NCBI GenBank assembly: GCA_020047755.1 | Contig: JAIFNL010000144.1 | Coordinates: forward strand, 1 to 61,603 | Direction of reading: 5' to 3' | Length of the DNA: 61,603 nucleotides | From: Bacteroidota bacterium | Lineage (GTDB): Bacteria > Bacteroidota > Bacteroidia > Bacteroidales > JAIFNL01 | Shown: piece by piece, positions 9,101 to 17,092 of the stretch | Numbering within the stretch: the first letter of the stretch is position 1 | Layout of the letters: the number at the start of each line of letters is the position of its first letter | Notes under the pieces: generated by a model | Databases searched by the model: none | The model's input: the letters and a program-made list of their open reading frames with translations, nothing else | Told to the model about the DNA's origin: nothing | Made by a program: the position numbers and the translations under genes

Positions 9101-10976
9101 TTGGGATACTTTAGGAAATAAACTCAATGTTTTGAAAGGGCATTCGGGCAAAGTACTGTCGGTTGATTTTTCGAGCGACAACAAACACATAGTTAGTGTA
9201 GGAAACGACCAAACGGCGCGCTTGTGGAATATAGCCGAAACCGAAACCAGAATGTTTGATACAAACATAGCAAGTAACAGATACATAGACATTTCGCCCG
9301 ACGGAAAATACATAGCAAGCGGCGGACAAGACAAAATAGTGCGCATTTGGACTAGCTCGGGGCATTTAATCAAAGAACTAAAAGGGCACTCTGATAAAAT
9401 TAATTCGGTAAAATTTTCACCTGACAATAAATATTTAGTTTCGGCTTCTTTTGACAAAACAGCTATTATTTGGTCGTTGGAAACCTATAAAAAAAAGGTA
9501 ATCAAAGGGCACAAAGATTTACTTTACTTTGCGTCATTTTCACCCGACAGCAAGCAAATTGTTACAGCCTCGCGCGATTTGACGGCTCGCACGTGGAATC
9601 TGGAAGGCAAAAAAATAGATGTTTTCACAGGACACGATGATTTTGTGCGGTGTGCCGTTTTTTCGCCCGACGGTAAAATGATTGCAACAAGCTCACTCGA
9701 CAAAACAGCTCGCGTTTGGAACATCAAAGACAAAAGCTACATTTTGTTTAAAGGACATACTGACCTAGTAACCAGCGTAGTATTTACACCCGACAGCAAA
9801 AATATTATTACCGCATCAGCCGATAAAACCATGCGCTTGTGGGACATGGAAGGCAACGAAAAACAAATATTCATTGGACATACTTTGCCTATTTATTCTA
9901 TCGTAATTTCAAAAGATGGAAGCAAACTACTATCAAGTTCGTGGGACAAAACAGCCTGCTTGTGGAATATTAACGGCGATTTGCTACAAATTTTCGTTGG
10001 AGCAGAAAAATATTTATGGTCGGCGCAATTTTGCGACGAAGAAACATTTGTTGCCATTACCGGTGATGATGGCTATATTCGCAAGATTAAAGTAAAAAAA
10101 CCACTTAACGAGTTTGAAAAAGACAAAAATTATGAACCTTTAACCATCAATCAAAAACTTTGGAACCATATTTTGTTTTACGAAGACTTAGATACGCTCA
10201 AAAACCCCAAAGAATTACTCGACGGTGTTAATTATTATACCGAATTAGCAAATAAAACAAGAAGTAGTATAGAAAAACTATCACTTCTAAACAATTCATT
10301 GGCGTTGATTGAAAAAATTTGCACACTAAGTCCTACAGTCAACTATTTTACTACGCACATAGATGTATTGTTAGAAATGAATAAATGGAGCAAAGTTAAA
10401 ACAGCTAATGATTTGAAAATAAATGAAATAACAAAAAAAATAATTGCCATTAACAACAAAGACGAATTGATGTTGGCTGCAAAATATTATCTCAAAAAAA
10501 CAACAGAACAAAACAATGCAACAAAAAAATATGAGTTTGAAACCAAAACAATTGCCGTTTTTGAAAAGATAATAAAAAAATATACTACCAACAAACCATT
10601 AATGAACGAAGTAGCCGAAATCTGCGGCTGGGATTTACCGTATTTTCTATTGATAGAAAAAAAATACGATAAAGCTCGCAAGTCGTGCGATTTAGCTATT
10701 AAAGCCGATTCTACCGTAAATACAGCTTATACCAATTTGCCGCTCATTTATATGCTAGAAGGAAATTATGCCGAAGCCGAAAAAATTTATCTCAGCAAAA
10801 TGAACCTTACGTTCAATTTTGAAACCAAAGAAACTTTCGGTTCTGTATTTTTAAACGACATAGAAGACTTGGAAGCTCGCGGAATAAGCTGCCCTGAATT
10901 TTTGAAAGCCAAACTGTTACTTGCAGAAAAAGCAGAAGGGCTTAAAAAAAGCGAAGAACCAGAGTTGGAAGAATGA
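6186..10976 (+). CDS. Giant multidomain protein: (TIR + helical linker) x3, one TM helix, 14 WD40 repeats, TPR-like C-terminal region
   Basis: Single 1596-aa ORF. TIR motifs are DVFISYGRKES...SEFCLKEI...KRIIPIL, then EIFFSYVRKD...SEYCLQEL...KRIIPLL, then a degenerate third copy. The TM helix is VMMKVGLVAISILLVIAIFAGAYAL, preceded by ARKKKR. Fourteen units fit H-x4-V-x-FSPDG-x5-S-x-D-x-T-x-x-W. Confidence 0.9.
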   Translation: MKETSLKKSDVFISYGRKESKNFAAKLHNKLKEKGLEVWFDQNDIPLGIDFQEQIDNGIEKAENFIFIIAPHAIMSEFCLKEIVLALKCNKRIIPILHIEPSTKEVWDKLHPAIGKINWVYMREKQDTSKPLNEWESIDDFEKAFVGLWDLLNFHKEYVSKHTEILIKALDWKHNKKKDEFLLINDERTDAVEWLNTKFEKTQPPCLPSDLHCSYICESTKFAFNGWTEIFFSYVRKDLEILDKIREALEREALTTWFDSSDLKTGVKFSGAINKGIEQADNLIFLISPESIVSEYCLQELDYALKLNKRIIPLLIKETDINAIPESLKKLQFLNLIEKNVEVKPKELTPFQENMNSLIRQINLDKDYIYLHKKLLSLALKWKKHNENHSILLRGYSLEKAVNWLNAGKKREINQPIELHEEFINASMKYNEDASSFDLFVNFSPNNTDYLRQLWNEMHTFDKSVWVDKDHLDLQSDEAMQHQVLMDGIQKSENFLCIITPDLLKDEKLIHNIETAEKQNKRIISLLFDDLEPTQILPENLNKIVIDFNRKRVDFNAACVDLARILNTDREHVQQHTKWLQKSLDWQKDKDAGKLLRGVDFILASNWIEEAVEQNKSPKVTDLQTDFIEASKQALDAEARKKKRVQVMMKVGLVAISILLVIAIFAGAYALKQTLIANHNLKIAKSNNLIFSSKEMEVKDPTIALGIAIEARKLYENENVENTLLAIYSKHVFYKIAARHESTINSVAFSPNEDRFITGADDNSMAIWDFSGKLINKQSLHDAPISCVKYSPSGKIIASGSLDGKIILYDKNGNKKMIIEKIKQDITSIDFSPNEQFLVLGTNLGFIGTYNLATDSLYTWEAHSRAIRCVTYSSDGNYIISGSNDKTAKVWDLNGKKKLTFEKHIESVTSLATSPNSRYILSGSGDNTAMLWDLKGKVYAQMKGHENWINSVRFSTHGTRLITGSDDGTVCIWDTLGNKLNVLKGHSGKVLSVDFSSDNKHIVSVGNDQTARLWNIAETETRMFDTNIASNRYIDISPDGKYIASGGQDKIVRIWTSSGHLIKELKGHSDKINSVKFSPDNKYLVSASFDKTAIIWSLETYKKKVIKGHKDLLYFASFSPDSKQIVTASRDLTARTWNLEGKKIDVFTGHDDFVRCAVFSPDGKMIATSSLDKTARVWNIKDKSYILFKGHTDLVTSVVFTPDSKNIITASADKTMRLWDMEGNEKQIFIGHTLPIYSIVISKDGSKLLSSSWDKTACLWNINGDLLQIFVGAEKYLWSAQFCDEETFVAITGDDGYIRKIKVKKPLNEFEKDKNYEPLTINQKLWNHILFYEDLDTLKNPKELLDGVNYYTELANKTRSSIEKLSLLNNSLALIEKICTLSPTVNYFTTHIDVLLEMNKWSKVKTANDLKINEITKKIIAINNKDELMLAAKYYLKKTTEQNNATKKYEFETKTIAVFEKIIKKYTTNKPLMNEVAEICGWDLPYFLLIEKKYDKARKSCDLAIKADSTVNTAYTNLPLIYMLEGNYAEAEKIYLSKMNLTFNFETKETFGSVFLNDIEDLEARGISCPEFLKAKLLLAEKAEGLKKSEEPELEE
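6210..6485 (+). other. TIR domain 1 (catalytic-type Glu82 retained, codon 6429-6431)
   Basis: DVFISYGRKESKNFAAKLHNKLKEKGLEVWFDQNDIPLG...ENFIFIIAPHAIMSEFCLKEIVLALKCNKRIIPILH. Confidence 0.8.
6870..7140 (+). other. TIR domain 2 (catalytic-type Glu300 retained, codon 7083-7085)
   Basis: EIFFSYVRKDLEILDKIREALEREALTTWFDSSDLKTG...DNLIFLISPESIVSEYCLQELDYALKLNKRIIPLL. Confidence 0.8.
7494..7780 (+). other. TIR domain 3, degenerate (Glu position is Asn, no FxSY start motif)
   Basis: FDLFVNFSPNNTDYLRQLWNEMHTFDKSVWVDKDHL...ENFLCIITPDLLKDEKLIHNIETAEKQNKRIISLL. Anchoring on KRII puts N where the Glu of CLKEI / CLQEL sits. Confidence 0.6.
8403..10095 (+). other. 14 WD40 repeats, enough for two 7-bladed beta-propellers
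   Basis: I counted 14 units from HESTINSVAFSPNEDRFITGADDNSMAIWD to WSAQFCDEETFVAITGDDGYIRKIKV. Confidence 0.85.
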
Positions 10977-11082
10977 GTTTAGAAAATAAAAAACCAAGAT
11001 TTGGCTAAGATTTTTGATTTCCACCTGTGATAATTAAATATCTTAGCCAAGCAAAAATAGAATAATAACTAATATTTATACA

Positions 11083-11394
11083 ATGGAAAAATTGAGCATA
11101 ACAGGAGGAGCAAGAATAGGCATGAGAAACAGTACTTGGCCCTTTGCCACTTTAAACGTTACAAAAGACAAACTAGAGCTAATTGTAACGCTTTCAGGAA
11201 CTTTAACATTTTACCCCAAAGATATAATTTCAATAGAACCTTATTCTTTTTTGCCTCTAATAGGGCAAGGAGTAAAAATAAATCACAAAATAGCTAATTA
11301 CAATAAAAAAATAATCTTCTGGACATCAAATCCCAAACAAATAATTAATCAGATAAAACAAATCGGCTTTTTTGACCCTCTTTTAAACGCATAA
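11083..11394 (+). CDS. Hypothetical small protein
   Basis: 103-aa ORF followed by a strong bidirectional terminator. No recognised family. Confidence 0.4.
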   Translation: MEKLSITGGARIGMRNSTWPFATLNVTKDKLELIVTLSGTLTFYPKDIISIEPYSFLPLIGQGVKINHKIANYNKKIIFWTSNPKQIINQIKQIGFFDPLLNA

Positions 11395-11430
11395 TGTACA
11401 GAAAGCGATAATTTTTATGCTTAAATTCTA

Positions 11431-11474
11431 AAAAAACAAAAGCAAAGCTTTTTATTACTTTGCTTTTGTTTTTT
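11431..11474. terminator. Bidirectional intrinsic terminator between convergent genes
   Basis: Perfect 17-bp stem aaaaaacaaaagcaaag / ctttgcttttgtttttt with a 10-nt loop and A/T runs on both sides. Confidence 0.65.
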
Positions 11475-11497
11475 CAAATCATCACAAATATAATCAC

Positions 11498-12043
11498 CTA
11501 ATAACCAACCTTATACTCTTTAAATACTTGCCGTCTATAACACCATTTTTCGGTATGCGTTCCAACTCCAAGTTTTTCAATATCCAATATTAGCGAATCT
11601 TTACCAACAAGCCCACTTATCTTATAATAATCCCAATAGCTCAAACCAGCCACATGCACTATTGCCACAATAGAATCTGTCTTCGTTTTGAAGAAGCCAA
11701 AGTCGCTATTAGCAGATTCAGGAATACCAGATTTCTTTAATTCCGGATTCCATATTTTACTCCAAATAGCTACCGTATCGGGAACCATTGAAGTATTACT
11801 AAAATAAATTATCAAGCCGTCTCTTTGAAATGCCAAATAGGTAAAAAAACTAGAATCGTTGGGGCTAATTGTGTTATTAAAATAAAAGCCATCATATAAT
11901 AAATTAACGTTTTTCCCACCATAAGGAGGCTTCAATATTTCATAAAAATCCACCTTCTGGGGCCTCGAAAATAACATCTTTTCGACCATTTGACTACACG
12001 AAACAGCAATCAAAAAAATACTAATAACCAGAAATCGTTTCAT
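11498..12043 (-). CDS. Hypothetical lipoprotein
   Basis: Signal peptide with lipobox (LIAVSCSQ). No recognised family. Confidence 0.5.
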   Translation of the reverse strand: MKRFLVISIFLIAVSCSQMVEKMLFSRPQKVDFYEILKPPYGGKNVNLLYDGFYFNNTISPNDSSFFTYLAFQRDGLIIYFSNTSMVPDTVAIWSKIWNPELKKSGIPESANSDFGFFKTKTDSIVAIVHVAGLSYWDYYKISGLVGKDSLILDIEKLGVGTHTEKWCYRRQVFKEYKVGY

Positions 12044-12070
12044 AACAAATAAATATGCAATGGTTGATTA

Positions 12071-12922
12071 TCAAATTGGTTCAATTACTTGTTGGATAGG
12101 TATTTTAATTTTTGTTTTTTCAAAATCAATAAAAACTGTTCCTTTAATATAGAAGCCTCTTTCGTTGGTAAATACTTTTTTAAACATACTCAAACCGGCA
12201 TTAATATTCTGAATTTGAGCATTTACACTAAAATTGGTATCGTTTTTTGCTTCAATAATTAATTTATCTGTTTTTTTTGTAGAACCTAAAAGTGATTCCA
12301 TTTTTTCATTGTCGAAAATTTCAAAATTTAAGCTATCGAGCGTGTATGAAAAAGGGAATTTGTTTTCAAAGCCGAATTTGATGTCCATTTTTGTGTAACT
12401 AGGTTTTATTTCAGTTATCTTTAAGCCCTTAATTTTCAAGGATTCTTTAATTAAATCACCAGAAAGATTTTTCATAAGATCGGCTAATTTGAAATAAACT
12501 TGCGTTTTTTTATTAATTTTCAAACCCATTGGCGAAATTTTAGCCGAAACCGAAATATCGACCGGAAAACTGTCGCTTTCCATAATAAAGTCAATGGTTT
12601 TGAGTAGCTTAGAAATATTTAATTCTATTGTGTTTTGAATATCAGTAATTTCGTTTGCTTTAAGTGTAAATTCTTCTTTTACAAAGCCTTGCCCTATTTC
12701 TCGCCCTTGCAGCATAATGCTGTATTCTAAATCGCTGGCAGTAATTGACATCTTATTAGGGTTTTCTATCTGAGTAGTCATAGTGGTAAGTAGCATAGAA
12801 TCAAGTTTTTCCACAATTTCTAAATTAGAAATTCCTACTACTTTAGGGTCTTTGATACAGCCCGAGAGCCAAAAAGAAATGCTAAAAGCGAATAAGATAA
12901 ATATATACTTTTTTTTTATCAT
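12071..12922 (-). CDS. Hypothetical lipoprotein, possibly LEA_2 / Lea14-like beta-sandwich repeats
   Basis: Lipobox WLSGC. The rest is beta-rich and appears to contain two similar halves. The family call is tentative. Confidence 0.45.
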   Translation of the reverse strand: MIKKKYIFILFAFSISFWLSGCIKDPKVVGISNLEIVEKLDSMLLTTMTTQIENPNKMSITASDLEYSIMLQGREIGQGFVKEEFTLKANEITDIQNTIELNISKLLKTIDFIMESDSFPVDISVSAKISPMGLKINKKTQVYFKLADLMKNLSGDLIKESLKIKGLKITEIKPSYTKMDIKFGFENKFPFSYTLDSLNFEIFDNEKMESLLGSTKKTDKLIIEAKNDTNFSVNAQIQNINAGLSMFKKVFTNERGFYIKGTVFIDFEKTKIKIPIQQVIEPI

Positions 12923-12944
12923 TTTATTTTAGACTTATAAAAAA

Positions 12945-13799
12945 TTAAAATTTATAATTTGTTTCAATATGCTTTTTTAAACAATCATAGCGATCGTTGG
13001 AATAAGGGTGGCTTCTCAAAAAACTTTCAATCATATTCTTTTTTCCTTCCGACTCTGCCATTTTTTTCCACAATTCCATACCTTTTCGAGAGTCATAACC
13101 AGCAGCTTGGCACAAATCTGCTCCATAAGCATCAACTTCTACTTCATTTTTTTGATTAAAAAATGGGGTAATTGTTTGCTGCAAAGCCAAACCTATGTCC
13201 CCAAATCCGCCCATGAAACTATTGCCAAGTTTTATTTTTTTCAAGAGTAAATTTATATGCCCCTTTTCATTGTGCCCTATTTCGTGCCCAATTATTGCAG
13301 CAAGGGCACTTTCGCTGTTTGCAAAATCAATAATACCAGTATTTACAAAAACATGACCGCCCAGAGTGTAAGCATTTATTTCGCTGTTTTTAACCAGATG
13401 TATTTTATATCGAATACCACTCGGATTGCGACGTGTTTTGAGCAAATCGGCTAGCATTGCTTGCAAAGCATTGTATTGTGCTCCCGAAGTAATAAACTGA
13501 TATTCAGCCGAAGATTTCATTTCGTTGTAAACATCATCGCCAAAATCGCTTTCCTCTTCTGCACTAACTTTTACGCCCGCCATGGAAATTGCAAATTTCT
13601 CAGCCTCAGTAACTACGCCGCCACTTGTATAAATGGGGTCATTGGGCAAGCAATTCAAATTTGTTTTTATGCTCGTAGGAACTTTCTCCACGGTAGTTGT
13701 TAATCTATCCTTTTTTCCTAAACCGCTAACTTGGGAGCTACTATTTTTGTACAAAAAAAAGGAAAAAATACAAAGTGTTAATAATATTTTTATTTTCAT
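12945..13799 (-). CDS. Exported M48-family zinc metallopeptidase
   Basis: Signal peptide, HEIGHNEKGH (HExxH) and a downstream acidic ligand region. Overall length fits the periplasmic M48 type. Confidence 0.75.
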   Translation of the reverse strand: MKIKILLTLCIFSFFLYKNSSSQVSGLGKKDRLTTTVEKVPTSIKTNLNCLPNDPIYTSGGVVTEAEKFAISMAGVKVSAEEESDFGDDVYNEMKSSAEYQFITSGAQYNALQAMLADLLKTRRNPSGIRYKIHLVKNSEINAYTLGGHVFVNTGIIDFANSESALAAIIGHEIGHNEKGHINLLLKKIKLGNSFMGGFGDIGLALQQTITPFFNQKNEVEVDAYGADLCQAAGYDSRKGMELWKKMAESEGKKNMIESFLRSHPYSNDRYDCLKKHIETNYKF

Positions 13800-14129
13800 A
13801 TTTTAGTTTTTATTTATAATATACTATTAAGAGTATAAATTTTTATATTTATTTTTTCAAAAAAAAAGGAGTTTTGTAAATTTATATCGAATAAGAAGAA
13901 AATAAGTTTAACTTTTTTTTACAATATTAGACTTTTTTTTGTTAAAAAAAGTTTTTTTAACAGTTTTTTTATTATTATTGTTTTTTGAAAAACATGAAAT
14001 TTTCTTATTATATTTTAACGCATTCTATCAAAAAAAATTGTATTTAAAAAATTTCGCAAATAATAATCCTCTAAATAAAAAGGAATTAGCCGAAATTAAA
14101 TTCAATAGAACTAAACAAAAATACTTATA

Positions 14130-17045
14130 ATGAGCGAGCAATTAGTTAAATTTATCATCACACTCAAGGGAAATGAAATTAATAAATTTGCATTTTCAAA
14201 AGGAAAGAGAGTTAGTATTATTTTGGGCAAAAACAAGTCGAAAGTAGATTTTGCAGTAGAATCGAATTACGTTTCGGGTACACATTTAGAACTTATTAAA
14301 GATGAGAATGATAACCTCTTTGTCAAAGATTTGGATTCTACCAATGGAACTTATGTGAACAACAAAAGAATAACTTCGGGGCAGTTAGTTTCCATAAAAA
14401 TTAATGATATTATTTCTTTTACAGAAGGCTCAGATATTCAATTACTTGTACTTCCGCCTTCGTTTGGTAGCCAAAAATCGGAAAATAATCCCACAAATAA
14501 TTTTGTAAATTCAGAAAACAATTATGCTAATAATAAAATAAAGTCTTCTGGTAATTTCTCACAAAAAACAGAAATTGTAATAGGGCGAAATGCCGATTGT
14601 GATTTTATAATTGATAATCAAATTGTTTCGCGCCGACATGCCATTATTTTTAAAGACTCTGACGGTTTGTACACTATTAAGGACAATAACTCTTCAAACG
14701 GAACATACATCAACAATTCATTACTCACAGGAAGCCGAAAAATTAGTAATTCAGACAAAATTACTATAGGAAAACAAACATTCACCTTAAGTGATTTAAT
14801 GGGCGGAAAGGCTCAGAATTTAGCCAATCAAACACCCGATAATAGCACTAGTTTAGCCCAACTTTTGAGCAACAAAAATACCTTATTAATTGGTAGAGCA
14901 CAAACTGCAGATGTTGTAATTAACGACAACTTGGTTTCGCGCCAACACACCCGAATTACCAAGGAAAACGGAAAATATTTTGTACAAGATTTAGGTTCTA
15001 CCAACGGAACTTTTTTGAACGAAAACAGAATCCAACAAAAAGTAGAGTTAAAAGTTGGTGATGAATTACGTATTGGCTTGAAAGTGTTTAGTTTAGAACA
15101 AGCTGAAAAAGCCTTGAGCGACACAACGGCTATTCGTGCAATTAACGTAACTAAAAAGTTTTCAAATGGTTATGTGGGATTAAAACCGATGAGCGTAAAC
15201 ATTCCGAGCAGAGCATTTATTGCACTCATGGGACCTTCGGGATGCGGAAAAACTACGCTCATGAACACACTCAACGGCGACAATCCGGCAACAGGCGGAA
15301 GTGTTCATATTCACGGACTTGAGCTTACCAAGAACTATTCGATGCTAAAGCAAAAAATAGGCTATGTACCTCAAGATGACATAGTTCATAGAGATTTGAC
15401 AGTAGAAAGCTCGCTTTATTATGCTGCCAAACTGCGCATGAACCCCGACACTACCGATCAAGAAATAACGCAACGCATTGACGAAGTGCTTACTAGCCTC
15501 AAAATCAACAGAACAGATATAAGAACCAAGCCCGTAGGGAAGCTTTCAGGAGGGCAACGCAAGCGTGTTTCAATTGCCGTAGAACTTTTAAACAAACCTA
15601 CTATTTTATTTCTCGATGAGCCAACCTCACCTCTCGACCCCGAAACCATTGACGGTTTTTTAACTAGTATCAAAGAGCTTACCGAATTAGAAGAAACCAC
15701 AGTAATAATGGTTACTCACAAACCTTCGGACTTAAATTATGTGGACAGAGTAATATTCTTAGGTACAGAAGGTTATCAAGCTTTTTATGGTAGCGAAAAT
15801 GATTTATACAATCATTTCGATATCAAAGACCGAAATATTATTGGCATTTATTCGTTGCTAAGTACCAAAGAAAAAGCAAACGAATGGGGAGAAAAATGGA
15901 AAATAAAAAGCCAAACAACAACACAAGAGCTAAAAGAAGAAAAAGGTTTTGCCCAAAAACCAGAAAAAGTTTCTTGGTTTTCGCAACTCTTCTGGCTCAC
16001 CAAGCGTTATGCAAATATCAAACTCAACGACAAAGGCAATATGGCATTGCTAATGTTGCAACCCATTATTATACCACTTGCACTTATCTATTTATTTGAT
16101 AAACTGCAACTTGGAGTGCTGTTTATGATGGCAATTTCCGCCATTTGGTTTGGAGTAAGCAACGCGGCAAAAGAAATTGTGAGCGAAATTCCAATTTACA
16201 AGCGCGAACGCATGTTCAACCTGAATATTACCACCTACATGCTCTCTAAAATCTTGGTTTTATCGGTCATTGCCCTCATTCAAGTAACTATTTTCTTGCA
16301 AATTGTTCAGTTACGTTTTCTAAGCGACGAAATTCACATTGTGAATATGTTTCAAGCCACTTTTTTCTTGTTTTTATTGTCTTTTTCAGCTACTTTATTA
16401 GGTTTGCTTTTGTCAGTTATTTTTGATAATGCTGAAAAAGTAATGACTTTTATTCCAATCATTCTAATACCGCAAATTATATTTTCGGGTGTTATTGCCG
16501 ATATTGATTCTAAAGACAAAGAGCTTTTTAGTTACACCATGTTTGGACGTTGGGGAACGGAAGGACTGGCGCGAATACAAAGTGATTATACTGGTTACAA
16601 GCATATTAAATCAGATACCCTTTTAATTAAAATTTCCGAAAAACAAGACACCATTCCAACAATAGACACAATAATGCCTAATGGAATGACAATTTTAAAA
16701 GATAAAATAATATCAATACCCGAATTTAAAGACAGTATTCAAAGCGAAACTCTTATAAAAAGTGTTTATAATTCTGTTCCTGAAGTAATTATATTTTCTG
16801 ATACTTTATTAATTACTAACGATGGAAAAGACGAAAATACGCAAAATGACACAATTCCTTATAAAAAAACAGGCGATGCAAAGTTTAAAGGCGCAGACCC
16901 TTTGAAAAATTTGAAATTTTATGAAAACGCTGAACTGTTAAATAAATTCGATAGTTTAGAAAAAAATATTCTGGCAATAAGTTTGATTGATTTATTGTTG
17001 TTAATTTCAATTTATGTGATTTTAAAAAGGAAAGATACAATTTAA
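14130..17045 (+). CDS. Triple-FHA ABC exporter (FHA x3, ABC ATPase, ABC-2/ABCG-type permease, fused in one polypeptide)
   Basis: FHA1 is at about nt 14208-14420 (GKN...VSGTH...DSTNGT). FHA2 is at 14568-14783 (IGRN...VSRRH...SSNGT). FHA3 is at 14880-15086 (IGRA...VSRQH...GSTNGT). ATPase motifs are Walker A GPSGCGKTT, signature LSGGQRKR, Walker B ILFLDEPTS and H-loop VTHKP. Several TM helices follow, then a final C-terminal TM. Confidence 0.9.
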   Translation: MSEQLVKFIITLKGNEINKFAFSKGKRVSIILGKNKSKVDFAVESNYVSGTHLELIKDENDNLFVKDLDSTNGTYVNNKRITSGQLVSIKINDIISFTEGSDIQLLVLPPSFGSQKSENNPTNNFVNSENNYANNKIKSSGNFSQKTEIVIGRNADCDFIIDNQIVSRRHAIIFKDSDGLYTIKDNNSSNGTYINNSLLTGSRKISNSDKITIGKQTFTLSDLMGGKAQNLANQTPDNSTSLAQLLSNKNTLLIGRAQTADVVINDNLVSRQHTRITKENGKYFVQDLGSTNGTFLNENRIQQKVELKVGDELRIGLKVFSLEQAEKALSDTTAIRAINVTKKFSNGYVGLKPMSVNIPSRAFIALMGPSGCGKTTLMNTLNGDNPATGGSVHIHGLELTKNYSMLKQKIGYVPQDDIVHRDLTVESSLYYAAKLRMNPDTTDQEITQRIDEVLTSLKINRTDIRTKPVGKLSGGQRKRVSIAVELLNKPTILFLDEPTSPLDPETIDGFLTSIKELTELEETTVIMVTHKPSDLNYVDRVIFLGTEGYQAFYGSENDLYNHFDIKDRNIIGIYSLLSTKEKANEWGEKWKIKSQTTTQELKEEKGFAQKPEKVSWFSQLFWLTKRYANIKLNDKGNMALLMLQPIIIPLALIYLFDKLQLGVLFMMAISAIWFGVSNAAKEIVSEIPIYKRERMFNLNITTYMLSKILVLSVIALIQVTIFLQIVQLRFLSDEIHIVNMFQATFFLFLLSFSATLLGLLLSVIFDNAEKVMTFIPIILIPQIIFSGVIADIDSKDKELFSYTMFGRWGTEGLARIQSDYTGYKHIKSDTLLIKISEKQDTIPTIDTIMPNGMTILKDKIISIPEFKDSIQSETLIKSVYNSVPEVIIFSDTLLITNDGKDENTQNDTIPYKKTGDAKFKGADPLKNLKFYENAELLNKFDSLEKNILAISLIDLLLLISIYVILKRKDTI

Positions 17046-17092
17046 TTTTTTAAAATAAAATAAAATAATATAAAAATATAAAAATTTGAATT

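Noticed and set aside
11001-11050. Perfect 11-bp inverted repeat ttggctaagat / atcttagccaa after the TIR-WD40 stop as a terminator
   Set aside because: The loop is 28 nt and there is no downstream T-tract. It may be a protein-binding palindrome or chance, so I did not call it a terminator.
13939-14130. 63-aa ORF immediately upstream of the FHA-ABC gene
   Set aside because: It starts at a non-ATG codon inside a homopolymer-rich A/T promoter region. The translation is poly-L/F/K low complexity. It is more likely the divergent promoter spacer between the M48 peptidase gene and the FHA array.
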